Assembly (NCBI GenBank): GCA_964016885.1
Contig: OZ024747.1
Coordinates: forward strand, 49,910,001 to 49,974,000
Length of the DNA: 64,000 bases
Source of the DNA: Eledone cirrhosa
Taxonomy: Eukaryota
Reading direction: 5' to 3'
Shown here: positions 1 through 14,345 of the stretch, in pieces
How positions within the stretch are numbered: position 1 is the stretch's first letter
Layout: each line of letters opens with the position of its first letter
Notes under the pieces: generated by a model
Seen by the model: only the letters and a program-made list of their open reading frames with translations
Database searches by the model: none
What the model was told of the DNA's origin: nothing
Translations under genes and position numbers: made by a program

Positions 1-480
1 GGCTGCACATTGTGTCCTTGAGCAAGGCACTTTATTTCATGCTGCTTCTGTCTTCTTAGCTGGTAAAAAGGAGTTGTACATGTAATTGAAAGAGCCAGAC
101 TTGCCATACAGTGTGTCATGGTTAATCTCCCTGAGAACTACATTAAAAGTGCACATGTCTATGGTATGCTCAACCAGGATTGGATTTAGATCTTGAGGGG
201 CCTGGGGCTCATACACAAACATTAGAATACACAATAAACCCCCCAAATTTTACATATCAAAGTTAGTTTGGCACAAGTAATTGGAATTGAAAAGTTATAC
301 ATACAGTTGAAACATTCTAACCATCCTAAAACTAAAAAGCCTAACTGAGGGCACAAATAAATTGCTATGACCATCGCTGCTGGGACCCCCTCATGGCAGG
401 GGACCCAAGGCAATTGTTCCCTTTGCCCCCATTAAATCTGGCCCTGTGCTCAACCCCTTGCATGTTAATTTCCGCAACAA
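1..480 (+). mobile_element. SINE fragment (CORE-like central domain) interrupted by a hAT MITE
   Basis: TGTGTCCTTGAGCAAGGCACTTTATTTCA matches the central domain of the family-B SINEs (e.g. 51605-51640); the sequence resumes after the MITE at 447. Confidence 0.55.
175..446. mobile_element. Non-autonomous hAT MITE
   Basis: Imperfect TIRs (CAGGATTGGATTTA ... TAAATCTGGCCCTG) and a perfect 8-bp TSD TGCTCAAC at 167-174 and 447-454. Confidence 0.85.
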
Positions 481-514
481 GAACCAGAACACACATTATT
501 AGAACCAACAGAAG

Positions 515-735
515 AGGGGTAGATTGGCAGCATCCATAGGGAGTCGGACACCATGCTTTGCAGCATAGAGTTACGGTCCTTTGCGGTCTGAGTTCAAATC
601 CTGCCGAGGTTAACTTTGCCTTTCATCCTTACGGGGTCGGTAAAATAAAGCACCAGTAACATACTGGGGTTGATTTAATCGACTTTCCCCTCCTGCCAAA
701 TTGCTGGCCTTGTGCCTATACTAGAAATCATTATT
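515..735 (+). mobile_element. tRNA-derived SINE, family A
   Basis: B-box-like GAGTTCAAATCC, conserved GCCTTTCATCCTTACGGGGTCG.TAAAATAAAG core, ATT tail; flanking direct repeat CATTATTAGAACCAACAGAAG at 494-514 and 729-749. Confidence 0.9.
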
Positions 736-920
736 AGAACCAACAGAAGTCCAATGTTTAAATAATTGTTTCTAACAGAGGCCAGCATTTTATTTGATCA
801 ACCTTAGAAAGATGAAAGGTTAAGCTGCTCTTGGAAGGATATGAACTCAAAACATGAAGAGCCATAAATAAATGCAAACCATTTTGTTTGATGCTAAAAC
901 GATTCTGCCAATCCACCAAC

Positions 921-1177
921 TTAAGTAGAAAAAGTATAAAGTCTGTCTAAAGCCCAGAAGCTCCTCAGGCTGATGCTTATACTGGTTTCCATGGCGTGAA
1001 GGAACTGAGAGTACAAGACTACCCCCTGGACTGGATGCCAATCCATTGCAGGGTTAAACCCCCAGCTAATGCTGCTGGTACTCATTTTCTGTTGAGTATA
1101 TTGGAGCAACGTGAATCCAGGAATCGAACCCATGACATTATGATTGTAAGTCCAACACCCTTACCACTAGGCCATGC
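921..1177 (-). mobile_element. tRNA-derived SINE, family C (V-domain-like)
   Basis: Minus strand: TGGCCTAGTGGTAAGG A-box, GGTTCGATTCC B-box, then CCCTGCAATGGATTGGCATCCAGTCCAGGGG resembling the V-SINE domain. Confidence 0.65.
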
Positions 1178-2113
1178 ATCTCCACATCCACCACCTTAAA
1201 CATACATTTAAATAATAATATTTGAACAAACTCATCTTTATGAATCCTTAGGTGATATTGAAAATTAAAATCTTTCATTTACGGCATATTTAAATTCATT
1301 TAAAATATTCAATGTTTTAATAACTCTAATGGAAATTATAGAGTCTGTGAAAGACTGCAATAATGCTGGTGCCAGTACCATAATGTATGGATATAGTTTA
1401 TATTTGTTGTTGTTGTTGTTGTTGTTGCACATTGGTTTTAATAAGTTAAGTGTGTTTAGAAATTATATCACAATTTTTATTTCCTTTTAAAAAGACACAT
1501 GCACACACACATCATCATCATCATTATTTAACACCTGTTTTCCCTGCTAAAATGCATTTTATCATAGCACCAACACTAAGGAGGTTGTTGTTCCCTTGAC
1601 ACAACTGAAGAGTCCTCTCAGCCATTTAGAGAAACTGAAGAGCTTCAATTGCTTTCAAGTATTGAAATGCTTCCTATAGGGTTGGGTGTAGGCCTATGAC
1701 TAATGTAACCTTTGCTTGCCAAATGTTCCAAGCATCATCCAACCTGGGAAATATGGTAAACCTCATCATTTTTGACAGGTACTATAATTATTGAGAATTA
1801 ATCAGTCACTGTATATAAATTAATTAATTCTACTGTTGATCTATGAAACTAATTAAATGAGTTCAGGTGCTGCACATTAATTTGTTAGTCTCCCCCTTCT
1901 CCTCTTCTTGCTGTTGCTCATAATGGTGATGATAGTAATGATCACTGCTCATCGTCCTGCTCATCTTGAAAATGATGATGATGTATGATTCTCTGATGTC
2001 TCTCTCTCTCTTCATCATATCATTCTTGAAGTATGATGTCCACCATATAATTATATTGAACTAATCAATGTTAGAATTATAAACTGATTGATTACTATAT
2101 AAGTAGATTGTAT

Positions 2114-4085
2114 TCTAGGTTGACGGTGGTGAAGGTGGGAGGACTTATTAGAGGTTGACGGTGGTGAAGGTGGGAGGACTTATTCCAGGTTGACGGTGGT
2201 GAAGGTGGGAGGACTTATTAGAGGTTGATGGTGGTGAAGGTGGGAGGACTTATTCCAGGTTGACGGTGGTGAAGGTGGGAGGACTTATTAGAGGTTGACG
2301 GTGGTGAAGGTGGGAGGAGTTATTAGAGGTTGATGGTGGTGAAGGTGGGAGGACTTATTAGAGGTTGATGGTGGTGAAGGTGGGAGGACTTATTAGAGGT
2401 TGATGGTGGTGAAGGTGGGAGGACTTATTCCAGGTTGACGGTGGTGAAGGTGGGAGGACTTATTAGAGGTTGATGGTGGTGAAGGTGGGAGGACTTATTA
2501 GAGGTTGATGGTGGTGAAGGTGGGAGGACTTATTCCAGGTTGACGGTGGTGAAGGTGGGAGGACTTATTAGAGGTTGACGGTGGTGAAGGTGGGAGGAGT
2601 TATTAGAGGTTGATGGTGGTGAAGGTGGGAGGACTTATTAGAGGTTGACGGTGGTGAAGGTGGGAGGACTTATTCCAGGTTGACGGTGGTGAAGGTGGGA
2701 GGACTTATTAGAGGTTGACGGTGGTGAAGGTGGGAGGACTTAGAGGTTCACGGTGGTGAAGGTGGGAGGACTTATTCCAGGTTGACGGTGGTGAAGGTGG
2801 GAGGACTTATTAGAGGTTGACGGTGGTGAAGGTGGGAGGACTTATTAGAGGCTGATGGTGGTGAAGGTGGGAGGACTTATTAGAGGTTGATGGTGGTGAA
2901 GGTGGGAGGACTTATTCCAGGTTGACGGTGGTGAAGGTGGGAGGACTTATTAGAGGTTGACGGTGGTGAAGGTGGGAGGAGTTATTAGAGGTTGATGGTG
3001 GTGAAGGTGGGAGGACTTATTAGAGGTTGATGGTGGTGAAGGTGGGAGGACTTATTAGAGGTTGATGGTGGTGAAGGTGGGAGGACTTATTCCAGGTTGA
3101 CGGTGGTGAAGGTGGGAGGACTTATTAGAGGTTGACGGTGGTGAAGGTGGGAGGACTTAGAGGTTCACGGTGGTGAAGGTGGGAGGACTTATTCCAGGTT
3201 GACGGTGGTGAAGGTGGGAGGACTTATTAGAGGTTGACGGTGGTGAAGGTGGGAGGACTTATTCCAGGTTGACGGTGGTGAAGGTGGGAGGACTTATTAG
3301 AGGTTGATGGTGGTGAAGGTGGGAGGACTTATTCCAGGTTGACGGTGGTGAAGGTGGGAGGACTTATTAGAGGTTGACGGTGGTGAAGGTAGGAGGACTT
3401 AGAGGTTCACGGTGGTGAAGGTGGGAGGACTTATTCCAGGTTGACGGTGGTGAAGGTGGGAGGACTTATTCCAGGTTGACGGTGGTGAAGGTGGGAGGAG
3501 TTATTAGAGGTTGATGGTGGTGAAGGTGGGAGGACTTATTAGAGGTTGATGGTGGTGAAGGTGGGAGGACTTATTAGAGGTTGACGGTGGTGAAGGTGGG
3601 AGGACTTATTCCAGGTTGACGGTGGTAAAGGTGGGAGGACTTATTCAAGGTTAACGGTGGTGAAGGTGGGAGGACTTATTCCAGGTTGACGGTGGTAAAG
3701 GTGGGAGGACTTATTCAAGGTTAACGGTGGTGAAGGTGGGAGGACTTATTCAAGGTTAACGGTGGTAAAGGTGGGAGGACTTATTCCAGGTTGACGGTGG
3801 TGAAGGTGGGAGGACTTATTCCAGGTTGACGGTGGGGAAGGTGGGAGGACTTATTAGAGGTTGACAGTGGTGAAGGTGGGAGGACTTATTCCAGGTTGAC
3901 GGTGGGGAAGGTGGGAGGACTTATTAGCGGTTGACAGTGGTGAAGGTGGGAGGACTTATTCCAGGTTGACGGTGGAGAAGGTGTGAGGATATTAGAGGTT
4001 GATGGGGTGAAGGTGGGAGGACATATTCCAGGTTGACGGTGGTGAAGGTGTGAGGACTTATTAGAAGTTGATGGGGTGAAGGTGT
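2114..4085. repeat. 35-bp G-rich minisatellite (GGTGGTGAAGGTGGGAGGACTTATT(AG/CC)AGGTTGAC)n
   Basis: About 55 directly visible tandem copies with two alternating variants. Confidence 0.97.
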
Positions 4086-4699
4086 TATATTTACAATCAT
4101 AAGGTAGTAGGTTCAATTCCTGGACCAGATACTGTATAGCATTCTTGAACAAGATGCTTAATTTCATGATAAGACCGCAACCAAAAAACCTTTTATAAAA
4201 TGCAGGCATAGTTGTGTTGTTAAGGAATTCCCTTCACAACCATGTAACAGCTTCGATAAGTGTTTTCTACTGAAGCGTCCTGTTGACCAATGCCTGCTAG
4301 TAAAAAGCATAGATGTGTAACAATATTTAGATTTCCCACCTTTGCCAAATAGACCCCCTCCTATCTCCTACCCCATTATCTAACCATCCTCCCCCACCTA
4401 GTCAACTTTCATTCATATGATCTATACCAGAGGTTCTCAAGCTTTTGTGGCCACTGACCCCTCACATCCCCCCCCCCATCCATATTTCCAGACAGACCTG
4501 CCTACAAGCAAATTGTAAATAACATATAATAAATAAAATCATTAATTTATATATAATAAATAATATAATATATACTATGTATGAATGAATATAATATATT
4601 TTTTATTTTACTATATTTATGTTTGTCTCTGTATGGCATATGGATTACTAAGTTGGAGCAGTACTAATCAACGAATATGAACCCACCAAACACCTCAGG

Positions 4700-7600
4700 A
4701 TGAACACTCAATCACTCTTCTTTATTTCAGTCATGGAAACCTCCCCCCCCAACCCCCACATGCCCCCTACCAAGTTCCTATCTTCTACCTCTCGCTGTCC
4801 CACCAAACTCCATAACTTCAGAGTTGGCACCATCAATGTTGGTACGATGAAAGGTAGATCCGGAGAGATTGTAGAGATGCTTGAACGAATGAAAGTCGAT
4901 GTGTGCTGTGTACAAAAGACTAGATGGAGAGGTATGTCAGCTTGATTCCTTGTAGGCAAAAAACGTTGCTACAAATTTTTCTGGGTAGGAAATGACGATG
5001 GTCTGGGTGGTGTAGGGATTTTGGTAGCAGAAAAGTGGGTAAACAAAGTTATTGCTGTAAATAGAGTATATAACAGAATAATTAAACTTAGACTTGTACT
5101 AAACAGAATAACCATGACAATTATATCTACCTACGCTCCTCAATCTAGACTTCTAGACATACAAAAATACAAGTTCTATGAGTCCCTAATGATCACTACC
5201 TCCCCAATTAATGACAACGACTTCCTACTCATTGCAGGTGACTTCAACGGACATGTGGGACAACTATGCAAGGCCTTTAATGGGTTCCATGGGGCTTATG
5301 GGTACGGTCCTAGAAACGAGGAAGGCTTCAGACTACTGGAATTCTGTGACGCCAATGACCTTTCTATCTGTAACAGGAACTTCAGAAAACGAGACAGCTA
5401 CCTAATCACATATAGATCAGGTGACCACGCCAGCCAAATTGTGTGAATTGGCAGTATCGGTAGAGGGTCGAACATGCTTTCCAGTATAGTTACATCCCTT
5501 TACGATCTGAGTTCAAATCCCGCCGAGGTTAACTTTGCCTTTCATCCTTATGGGGTCGATAAAATAAAGTACCAGTAATGTACTAGGTAATTGTTGGCCT
5601 TGTGCCAACCAAAACTAGAAACAATTATTACTAGAAGACGAGACAAAGTGACTATTAGGAACACAAAGTCCCTCCCCAGTGAAGAATGCACCTCACAACA
5701 TAAACTTAGTAGTTAGTGACCTTATAGTCAGGGCTAGAACATGACAACAGAAGCCAACCTGAAGGAGATGAGTATGGAAATTAAAAGACCCATCAAACAG
5801 GGACAAATTTAGAAGTATGTTGACTGACACCTTCGACAGCAAGGAAGAGCAAATAGAGACTTACGATATAGAGGAGCAGTGGGAGTTCCTGAAAGATAAC
5901 CTACTAAAGGCATCAGATGAAATCTGTAGGTGGAGTAGGTCCCTTGGGAGTCAGAGAGTGACTTGGTGGTGGAATAGTAAAGTAGATGAGAAAATTAAGG
6001 CCAAAAGACAGGGTTGGATAGATTGGCGTGATGGGGGTAGCATGGAAGTTTACCAGAAGGTTAGGAGAGAAGCTAAGCGACAAGTTTACCTTGCTAGAAG
6101 TGAAGCAGAAAACGAAAAATGTAAGCATGTTTTGCAGCATGAGGATCAAAGATGTGAGGTGTTCAGAATCGCTAGACAGTGTGTCAGGGAAAATTATGAT
6201 GTCGGTGGAGAGAAGTGTGTCAGGAATGACTTTGGCAAACTTGACCTCACTGACACTGAAAAGAAGGTAGCATAGAAGTGCCGCTATGAAAGATTACTGA
6301 ATAAGGAGAATGCATGGGATAGAGACAGTCTGTCACGTGTCGACCCAACAGAGGGATCGGCAGTACAAGTTAGCGGTAGTATGGTAAGTAAGGCAATCAA
6401 GGATTTGAAGTCAGGCAGGGCAGCTGGCGCCTCAGGGATAGTTGCTGAGATGCTGAAAACTTCAGGTATGGTGGGCAACACCATAGTCTCCCGCATTGTA
6501 AACCAAGTCATACAAAATGGTGTCATACCCAATGACTGGTGTAGCAGTATCATTGTAAACTGCTACAAGGACAAAGGAGACGCTTTAGATAGAGAAAACT
6601 ATAGAGGCATTAAGTTGGTTGACCAGGTTATGAAGGTCACTGAAAGAGTCATATATCAGCTGATTAGAGAACATGTTAACATAGATGAGATGCAGTTTGA
6701 ATTTGTCCCTAGTAAGAGTACCACAGATGCCCTCTTCTTTGTAAGACAATTGCAGAAGAAGTATCTAGCTAAGAGTAAGCCCCTCTACCTGTCTTTTGTC
6801 GACCATGAGAAAGTTTTTGACAGAGTCCCCCATCCCATTATTTGGTGGGTTCTTAGAGTTGATGAATGGCTTGTGAGGGTAGTTCAAACAATGTATAGAA
6901 GAATAGCCAGCAAAGTCAGAATTAACAATGGCTATAGCGAAGAATTTAGTGGTCAGGCTGGTGTCAATCAGGGCTCTGAGCCCTCTCCTGTTTATGTATG
7001 CTGATGACCCAACCCTTATAGGTGAATCTATAGCTGAACTAGATATGAAATTCCAAACCTGGAAGCAAGGCCTAGAATCGAAAGGTCTTAAAGTCAACCT
7101 GGCAAAGAATAAAGTCCTAGTGCACAGGAGCAGTAAGTAGCAAGAATCCTCAGGATACAATCACCTTCAAATGCTCAGAGGGCTCAGTTGAAGTGGTAGA
7201 TAGCTTCTGTTACCTGGGTGACCAAATCAGTAGTGGGGGAGGGTGTTCCAAAAGCACAGTAACCAGAGTGAGATCAGGTTGGAGAAAGTTCAGGGAGCTA
7301 CTACCATTACTAACTACAAAAGGGTCTTCCCTCAGAATGAAAGGCAGACTGCATGATGCATGTATACAAACAGCAATATTGCACAGCAGCGAGACTTAGG
7401 CACTGTGTGCTGAGGACCTGCGAAGATTGGAAAGAAATGAAGCCTCCATGCTTTGCTGAAGTATAAATGTACTGCGTGAGGAACTAGGCATAAGAGGGAT
7501 GAGTTGTTGTGTGCAGGAGAGGAGATTGTGTTGGTGTGGACATGTGATGCGTATGAAAGATGACAGCTGTATAAAAAGGTGCAGAGCGCTCAAAGCTGGC

Positions 7601-7740
7601 AGTAGCCATGGAATGGGCAGCCTAGGAAAACTTGGGATGAGGTAATAAAAGCTGACCTTGCACAATTACACCTCTCCAAGGCAATGACACAGGACTGCAG
7701 CCTCTGGCACTATGCAGTATTACAGAGGCCCTGCCCTCTA
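4700..7740 (+). mobile_element. Degenerate RTE-clade LINE (APE endonuclease plus reverse transcriptase)
   Basis: Broken ORFs with APE motifs (VGTINVGTM, YAPQ, IAGDFNGHVG) and RT motifs (NYRGIKL, KVFDRVP, GVNQGS, YADD); many stops, frameshifts and deletions. Confidence 0.95.
5443..5628 (+). mobile_element. SINE family A inserted in the RTE endonuclease domain
   Basis: Family A sequence interrupts the ORF right after the SQI motif. Confidence 0.9.
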
Positions 7741-7842
7741 TTATTCTTAGGCTGAAGTTTATACCGATTAGGCAATACCTTCGTCAACCTTCATCCAGCT
7801 CATACACCTCCCTTTGCAGTAACCATTCTTCCTCTATTACTT

Positions 7843-8112
7843 CATCATCATCATCATCATCATCATTTTTACGTCCGCTTTTCCCTGCTTGCAAGGGTGG
7901 GACAGGAACTGATTCTGGCTTGATTTCTACAGCTGGATGCCCTTCCTAACACCAACCTCATTTACAGTGAGTGCTGGGTGCTTTTTTGCTGTGGCACCTC
8001 TACAACCACTTTGCAGTGGAATGATATGGATCCCAGTCCTTATCATCTCATTTCTACAGCTGAGTAAACTGGAGCAATGTGAAATAAAGTGTCTTGCTCA
8101 AGGAAACAACAA
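7843..8112 (-). mobile_element. SINE family B, lacking tRNA head
   Basis: (CAT)n tail, RTE-like 3' end and CORE-like domain nearly identical to 48490-48760. Confidence 0.85.
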
Positions 8113-8169
8113 CTTATGTCTGCAAATTCCCCAAGCTTCCTCCTCCCTCACTAGTTCCAAGACAAAAGT

Positions 8170-8880
8170 GCCCAGTCCCCACTGAAAAGTGGTATTGCCA
8201 GCGACACGACAAAAAGTGCCCAGTCCACACTGTAATGTGGTCATGTAGGTGACACGAAAAAAAGCACCCAACACACACTGTAAATGTGGTTGGCGTTAGG
8301 AAAGGCACCCAGCTGTAGAAACCAAGCCAAAATCTGTCCTGGGTGAGCTAAACATGATTTTCTTCCTAACAGTCAATCCATCCCACCCATGCTAGTGTGG
8401 AAGATGGACGTTCAATGACAAGGATGATGATATATATATGTGTGTATATATATGTATGATATATGCATATATATGTGTATATATGCATATATATGTGTAT
8501 ATATATATATATATATATGCATATATATGTGTATATATATATATATGGTTTATGCATAGGTATGGTACATGTATATATGCACAAATATGTATTATCATGA
8601 TATATGTGTGTATATATATGTATATATATATATTATGTTGGTACCACAAAACATCCAGCCCACACTGTAAAGTGATCATGTAAAAGACACCGCAAAAAGC
8701 ACCCAGCGCACATTGTAAACATGGTTGGAGTTAGGAAGGGCATCCATGCGTAGAAAACCAGCCAGAAACAGTCCTATATGAGCGAGACATGGGCACCTGA
8801 CCCAACTTGCCTTTAAATGGGCCAAAGCCGTCTAACCCATGCTAGTGTGGAAGATGGATGTTAAACGATGATGATGATGT
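8170..8880 (+). mobile_element. Two SINE-B / RTE 3'-end fragments separated by a (TA)-rich microsatellite
   Basis: GGTTGG(C/A)GTTAGGAA(A/G)GGCA motif and CCCATGCTAGTGTGGAAGATGGA(C/T)GTT...(GAT)n tails ending at ~8430 and ~8880. Confidence 0.7.
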
Positions 8881-8899
8881 CGATACGTATCATTTGATA

Positions 8900-9685
8900 T
8901 TTAATATACTACCATGTCTCTTATGCCCCAGTGCCCCCTAGACCTTCTCAATGACCTCCCGCCGGGAACCTCTTATCTACACCCTTCCTGGGTCACAACT
9001 TAGTTCCCCCACCCCGCCACTCCACATCCCTGATTCCTCCTCTGTCCAACACATACAAGCATTGAAAGACAGCAACACCCTCACTGTGTACTGCTAGATG
9101 TTACTTGTTCATTCTCTCACTTCAAGGCCATACCCATCACTCAATACTTACCCCCACAACTCACATCTCCTTGTCCAGCCCATGCCAACTTGGAAAGATG
9201 GATACACTGCCAGTGTATTACGATACTTTGCATGCTCATTCTCTCTCACTCAACAATATTTAGGTCACCCCTTGCTCTATCAATATTCATTACCATCCCT
9301 ATATCACTACCCCTCTCCTACACCACCACCCCTCGCCTACATCACTACCCCTACATTACTATCCTATCTCTCACTTCCCTATTTCTATCACTGCCTTTCA
9401 TCCAGGCTGAGGAGATAAAGACTGCCCTTGTCTGAAAAATGGAACTGATGTCCTCAGCCACCCACTTTGTAAAGTGTAGGGTTTATGCTATGATAAAAAA
9501 CACCCACTATTCTGGCAGGTGGTAGTGGTGGTGCACCTAGTACATGCTCGGTTGGCATTAGGAAGGACATCCAGTTATGAAACTATGCCATAATGGAATG
9601 TATGAGTGAGATGTAGTCATCTGACCTGTCTGACAACAGAACATGACAACCCATGCAAGCATGCAAAACATGTAAAATGATGATG
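8900..9685 (+). mobile_element. Old RTE 3'-UTR-like remnant
   Basis: C-rich tract followed by GGTTGGCATTAGGAAGGACATCCAG and ACCCATGCAAGCATG...TGATGATG tail. Confidence 0.45.
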
Positions 9686-9719
9686 GCTACAACGGATGTG
9701 GGTTTTTACTCCTGCTAGG

Positions 9720-10075
9720 CAGTTGCCTATGGCCAGCCATATCACATATCAAGCGATGCCTGTGCTTGAAGTTTTTTTTAAGTGAACATCGAATACATTT
9801 GCCCAAAAAGAAGAACTGGTCTACATACTTGGATGCAAATAAAGTGGCAGATTTTATATCAGAGTGGCCCTCTCCTAGAGAGATGTCTTAATGAAGACTA
9901 GGAGAACATTTTATTGGATGGCCGTTGACTCTGCCCTTTACTGAGTCTTGTTTTTCATCCCGCAGGGCGTCCAAAATCTCCTACTCACCAAGCAAGCTTA
10001 GTGATGTTGTCGGTTTAGTTGCCAACAACCCGACCATGCACAGATTGTACTGGATTACATGTTACCTGTAGCGCT
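9720..10075. mobile_element. Interspersed repeat of uncertain class (second copy at ~55160-55472)
   Basis: Shared blocks TGC(C/T)TGTGC.TGAAG, GCAG.TTTTATATC.GAGT and TCTCCTAGA in both places. Confidence 0.5.
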
Positions 10076-10399
10076 GATATACATACATACATACATACTT
10101 ACATACACACACACATACACACTCACCCCTCCACACACACATATACATACAGACGCAGTCCCCCCCACACACGCACACTCACTTACCTACATAAGTAATA
10201 TTAATTGAGGATTAATATAATATATTTGGTAAGTAAGGGAGACAACTCAGAACATGTTTCAGTCGTAAGGAAATCCTCAGTTGAAGCATAACCTTGTCTT
10301 TAACTTGGTGAAGTATTAGCCAACAGACCATTTTGTATATATACGAAAATATATAGTTGTTAAAAATAATTAAATTATTAGTAATCCATATCATTATAT

Positions 10400-13300
10400 G
10401 AGGGGTCTTATCGGAATGCCTTGCTAAAGAATTTCCCTGTACCTCTTGCCGTATCTGGGCACACTGAGAAGACTGCGGAATCTGCTACCCATGAAGTAAT
10501 TGCCATTGGGGTACCAGAGGACAAGGCTGATCTTCAGGCATTTGCTGCCAGCTCAGCCAAAGACCTTGGCTGTGTTCCCCCAAATGGTGCTCTCCGCCTT
10601 GGTCGACCTGGTCCAAAACCCAGATTCATCAGGTTGTCTTTTTCGGACCCCGCTGAGGCAATTTCATATCATCTGGCCTCTGTTAAAGCTGGGCGTGAAA
10701 ATCGGATTACCTTCCGAACATGCCCAGGCCTACCACCCCATGTACGTCCAAAGCTATGTGCTGCAGCTTCCTTGAATCGGAACTCAGCACAACATGAAAG
10801 TTTTAGTCTGCGTGATGATGGACAGATCTGGAGGTTTGTTAAGGCTGGTGAAATGTGGAAGAGAGATACTAGCTGGTCTGAGTGTACTCTACCCACAATA
10901 ACTGGCAATGAAAAAACTGCAACAACTCTGGGAAACTAAACCAGAATAACCTGCCATCCTCTACACACCATCATAAACTGCAAGCAGGGTACAAATTGTT
11001 GTCCTTAAATGCTCGCAGTTTATTCAACAAGATACATCTGTTTAACTCCTACGTCAGAAGCATCGACCCTGACTTCATCACAGTCACGGAAACATGGGCA
11101 CATTCCTTACTCTGTGATGGGGTTTTCAGCATTAGTGGGTACAACCTTTTTCGCAAGGACCGCATTAATCGCTGTGGTGGTGGTGTGATGGTCTACGTTC
11201 GTTGAAACTTTTCGGTAATTCCTTGCGTTGATTTGAATGAATCACAAGAAGTTTTTTTTTGTGACATACGTATGACCATGTCAACACTTCTGCTTGGTGT
11301 TGTTTATCGCCCCCCAAACTACCATCAGGACACACAGCTTTGCGATATCCTCAGAGCTGCTGCCAGGAAAACAGCCACTTATGTGTTTATTGCAGGTGAC
11401 TTCAATCATCCTGAGATCGATTGGGAAACCTTTCGTTGGCCACAAAGTGCAAACGATTTCCTTGAGCTAGTGCTGGACTCAAACTGGTCACAAGTAGTCA
11501 CCTCTCCAAAAAGAGGTGACAACACTTTGGACCTGATCTTCACCAATACTCCTGAAGTGGTTATCAGTTGTACTACTGAGGAACCTCTAAGCGACTCTGA
11601 TCATGCTATGATCATTGCCAATCTGGCTCTTGCGGACAGCAACAAAAACCAGAACCATCTCCAATCTGCTTGCTTTGATTGGAAGAAAGCAGATTGGAAC
11701 TTGTACTGCACTGAGCTACAGTGGCATGAGTTCTATAACTCTGGAGATGTGAATACTATACTCCAGAGCATCCTGGACTCAATATGGATAGCGTGTGCAG
11801 CATCGGTGCCATGTAAGCAAAAAAAAAACCACCCCAAAAGTGCAATTTGGGAAACTTCAGCGGTCCGACTTGCCAGGAAAGAACGTCGGAATGCTGAATG
11901 GGAATATAAACTGCATAAATCAGATGCCAACAGAAAAAAGCGGAATAAATCTTCCATCCATCTCAAGCAAGTGACAAAAAAGGCAGTGCTTGAATTTGAA
12001 CAGTGCACAGCAACCAATCCTGACAGTAAGGTGTTCTGGAAATATGTTCATTCAAAGCAGAGACCTCACTCTCCAGTTGGTTTTCTTCACAATCCCCACA
12101 CAAGCCAGATCACTGATGATCCCAAAAAATGCGCAGAACTCATTGCTGTGTGCTATGCAAGCATTTTTACCGTTGAAAACCAGAATGTACCATCTCCACC
12201 ATCTCTAACATCAAATTCCATAACAACTATAGAATTTACACCTGCAATGTTACGACGTCACCTTAAGAATAAGCGCAACTATGCCTCCCCTGGTCTTGAT
12301 GGTGTTACATACCTGCTTCTCAAACGGGGCGGGTACTTCCTTTTGCACCAGCTTTCTTTCTTCTTTCAATACTGTCTCAACAATGGTGCTACTCCGGAGC
12401 AGTGGAAAACTGCCAGTGTCATTCCCCTGTTCAAAAAGGGCGACCGCACGTCACCTGTCAACTATCATCCAGTCAGTCTTACTAGCTGTATTGCCAAACT
12501 GATGGAATCCTGTGTCAGAGAAACACTTTGGAACTTCTGGAGCTCTCACAGCCTTATCCGGCCCTCGTAGTTTGGATTTATCCCTAACTCCAGTTGCTCT
12601 GATCAGCTTATCGAGTTCCTTGAAGACATTACCCGGATCACTGACAGCGGCTCATGGGTGGATGTCGTTTACCTTGACTTCGCTAAGGCTTTTAATTCTG
12701 TACCACACAAAAGACTTATGGCAAAACTCTCTGCAATGGGTGTGAGGGATGATCTTTTTAACTGGTTGAAATCCTTCATTCTCAGCCGAAAAGAGGTAGT
12801 CACGGTTCTCGGACAGCATTCTTCACCATATGAGATGTCATCTGGTGTACCACAGGGATCTGTTCTTGGTCCCCTTTTGTTTGTGGCATATATTAATGAC
12901 ATAGATGCCAACTTAAAGAATGCCACGGTACTGAAATATGCAGATGACATCAAGCTGTACCTTGAAATCAAAAGGAATGATCCTGAAATCTACAACTCTT
13001 TCCTAAAATCAGACCTGGACACAATGCAGCAATGGATCACAGACTGGCAACTGAAGCTGGCTGTGGACAAGTGTACCACCATGCATTTTGGGATGAAAAA
13101 TCCAGCGTTCACATACTCCCTCTACAACACTGATATCAAGAAGTCCTCTTGTGAACCTGACCTGGGCATTACTGTCAGCAGCGATTTGCGAAAGATTGTC
13201 AAGAAAGCCGAGGGTGTCTTGGCATCACTCAGCAAGACCTTTGTTAGCTGCTCTCCAGCCATCTATTTAAAGCTGTATACAGCTATGGTACGACCTCACT

Positions 13301-13890
13301 TGGAATTCGCATCATCAGTCTGGAACCCCTATCTTGCTCAGAACATTGACCTCCTGGAAACTGTTCAGAGATGTGCAACCAAGCGCATACCCTCCATCAG
13401 ACACCTACCATACTCTGAACGTCTTGCTTCCCTGGGCATGGATTCATTGAAGCTCCGACGTCTGGCAATGGACTTGGTAAACACCCACAAAGTTATTAAC
13501 CATCTCGCCAACAACAACCCTGAGCACCTTTTTGATCTCCATGTGTCTAACACATGCGGATATGCCTACAAAATCAGAAAACAGCACAGCTCCCATGACT
13601 TTCGGAAACATTTTTTCCCGTTTAGAGTTGCTGAAGCATGGAACAAACTGCCTGCGTTAGTTGTTAGCTGCCAAGACACTGCATCCTTTAAAACACTCAT
13701 GCTTTACGAAATTCGCCAAAACTACACTGATGTACCCCTTCCATACACATGCACACATGTGTATATCATGACTCATGCACTGTTCATTTTCCTGACGTTT
13801 GTATATTACCCTTTGTACTATACATACAGTTTTTGATGAGTTGTAGTGCACCTGAGCACTGTACACAATATTTTCATTATTATTATATAT
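10400..13890 (+). mobile_element. CR1-like LINE, 5'-truncated in ORF1, nearly intact ORF2
   Basis: ORF1 remnant 10421-10939; ORF2 pieces 10996, 11233 and 12658 share one frame, broken by TGA 11203-5 and TAG 12568-70; APE (LNARSL, TETW, YRPP, GDFN, LDLI, SDH) and RT (YLDFAKAF, GVPQGSVLGP, YADD, VRPHLEF) motifs; (ATT)n tail. Confidence 0.95.
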
Positions 13891-13899
13891 TATAAAACA

Positions 13900-14074
13900 T
13901 ACTGATGATGATGAAAATTGATGATAATAATCATCATCACCAATATCATCATCATCACCAATATCATCATCAATATTGATGATAATATTGATGATGATGT
14001 TGATGATGATGATAATATGTTTTTGATGATAATATTGACGATGATGATGATGATGATACTATTGATGATAATAT

Positions 14075-14114
<40 letters not shown>

Positions 14115-14292
14115 ATTGATGATGATAATATTGAGGGTGATGGTGATAATACTGAGGGTGATGATGATGATGATGATAATATTTATAATATTGATGATGG
14201 TGATGATGATGATGATGATGATCACTACTCCTCATTCTGATCATCCTAATGATGATAGTGATGTGTAATTATCTGCAGTCTCTCACTCTCTT

Positions 14293-14344
<52 letters not shown>

Positions 14345-14345
14345 C
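13900..14345. repeat. (GAT)n/(CAT)n microsatellite
   Basis: Directly visible. Confidence 0.95.

Noticed and set aside
4428-4500. hAT-like terminus CAGAGGTTCTCAA
   Set aside because: No second terminus or TSD found
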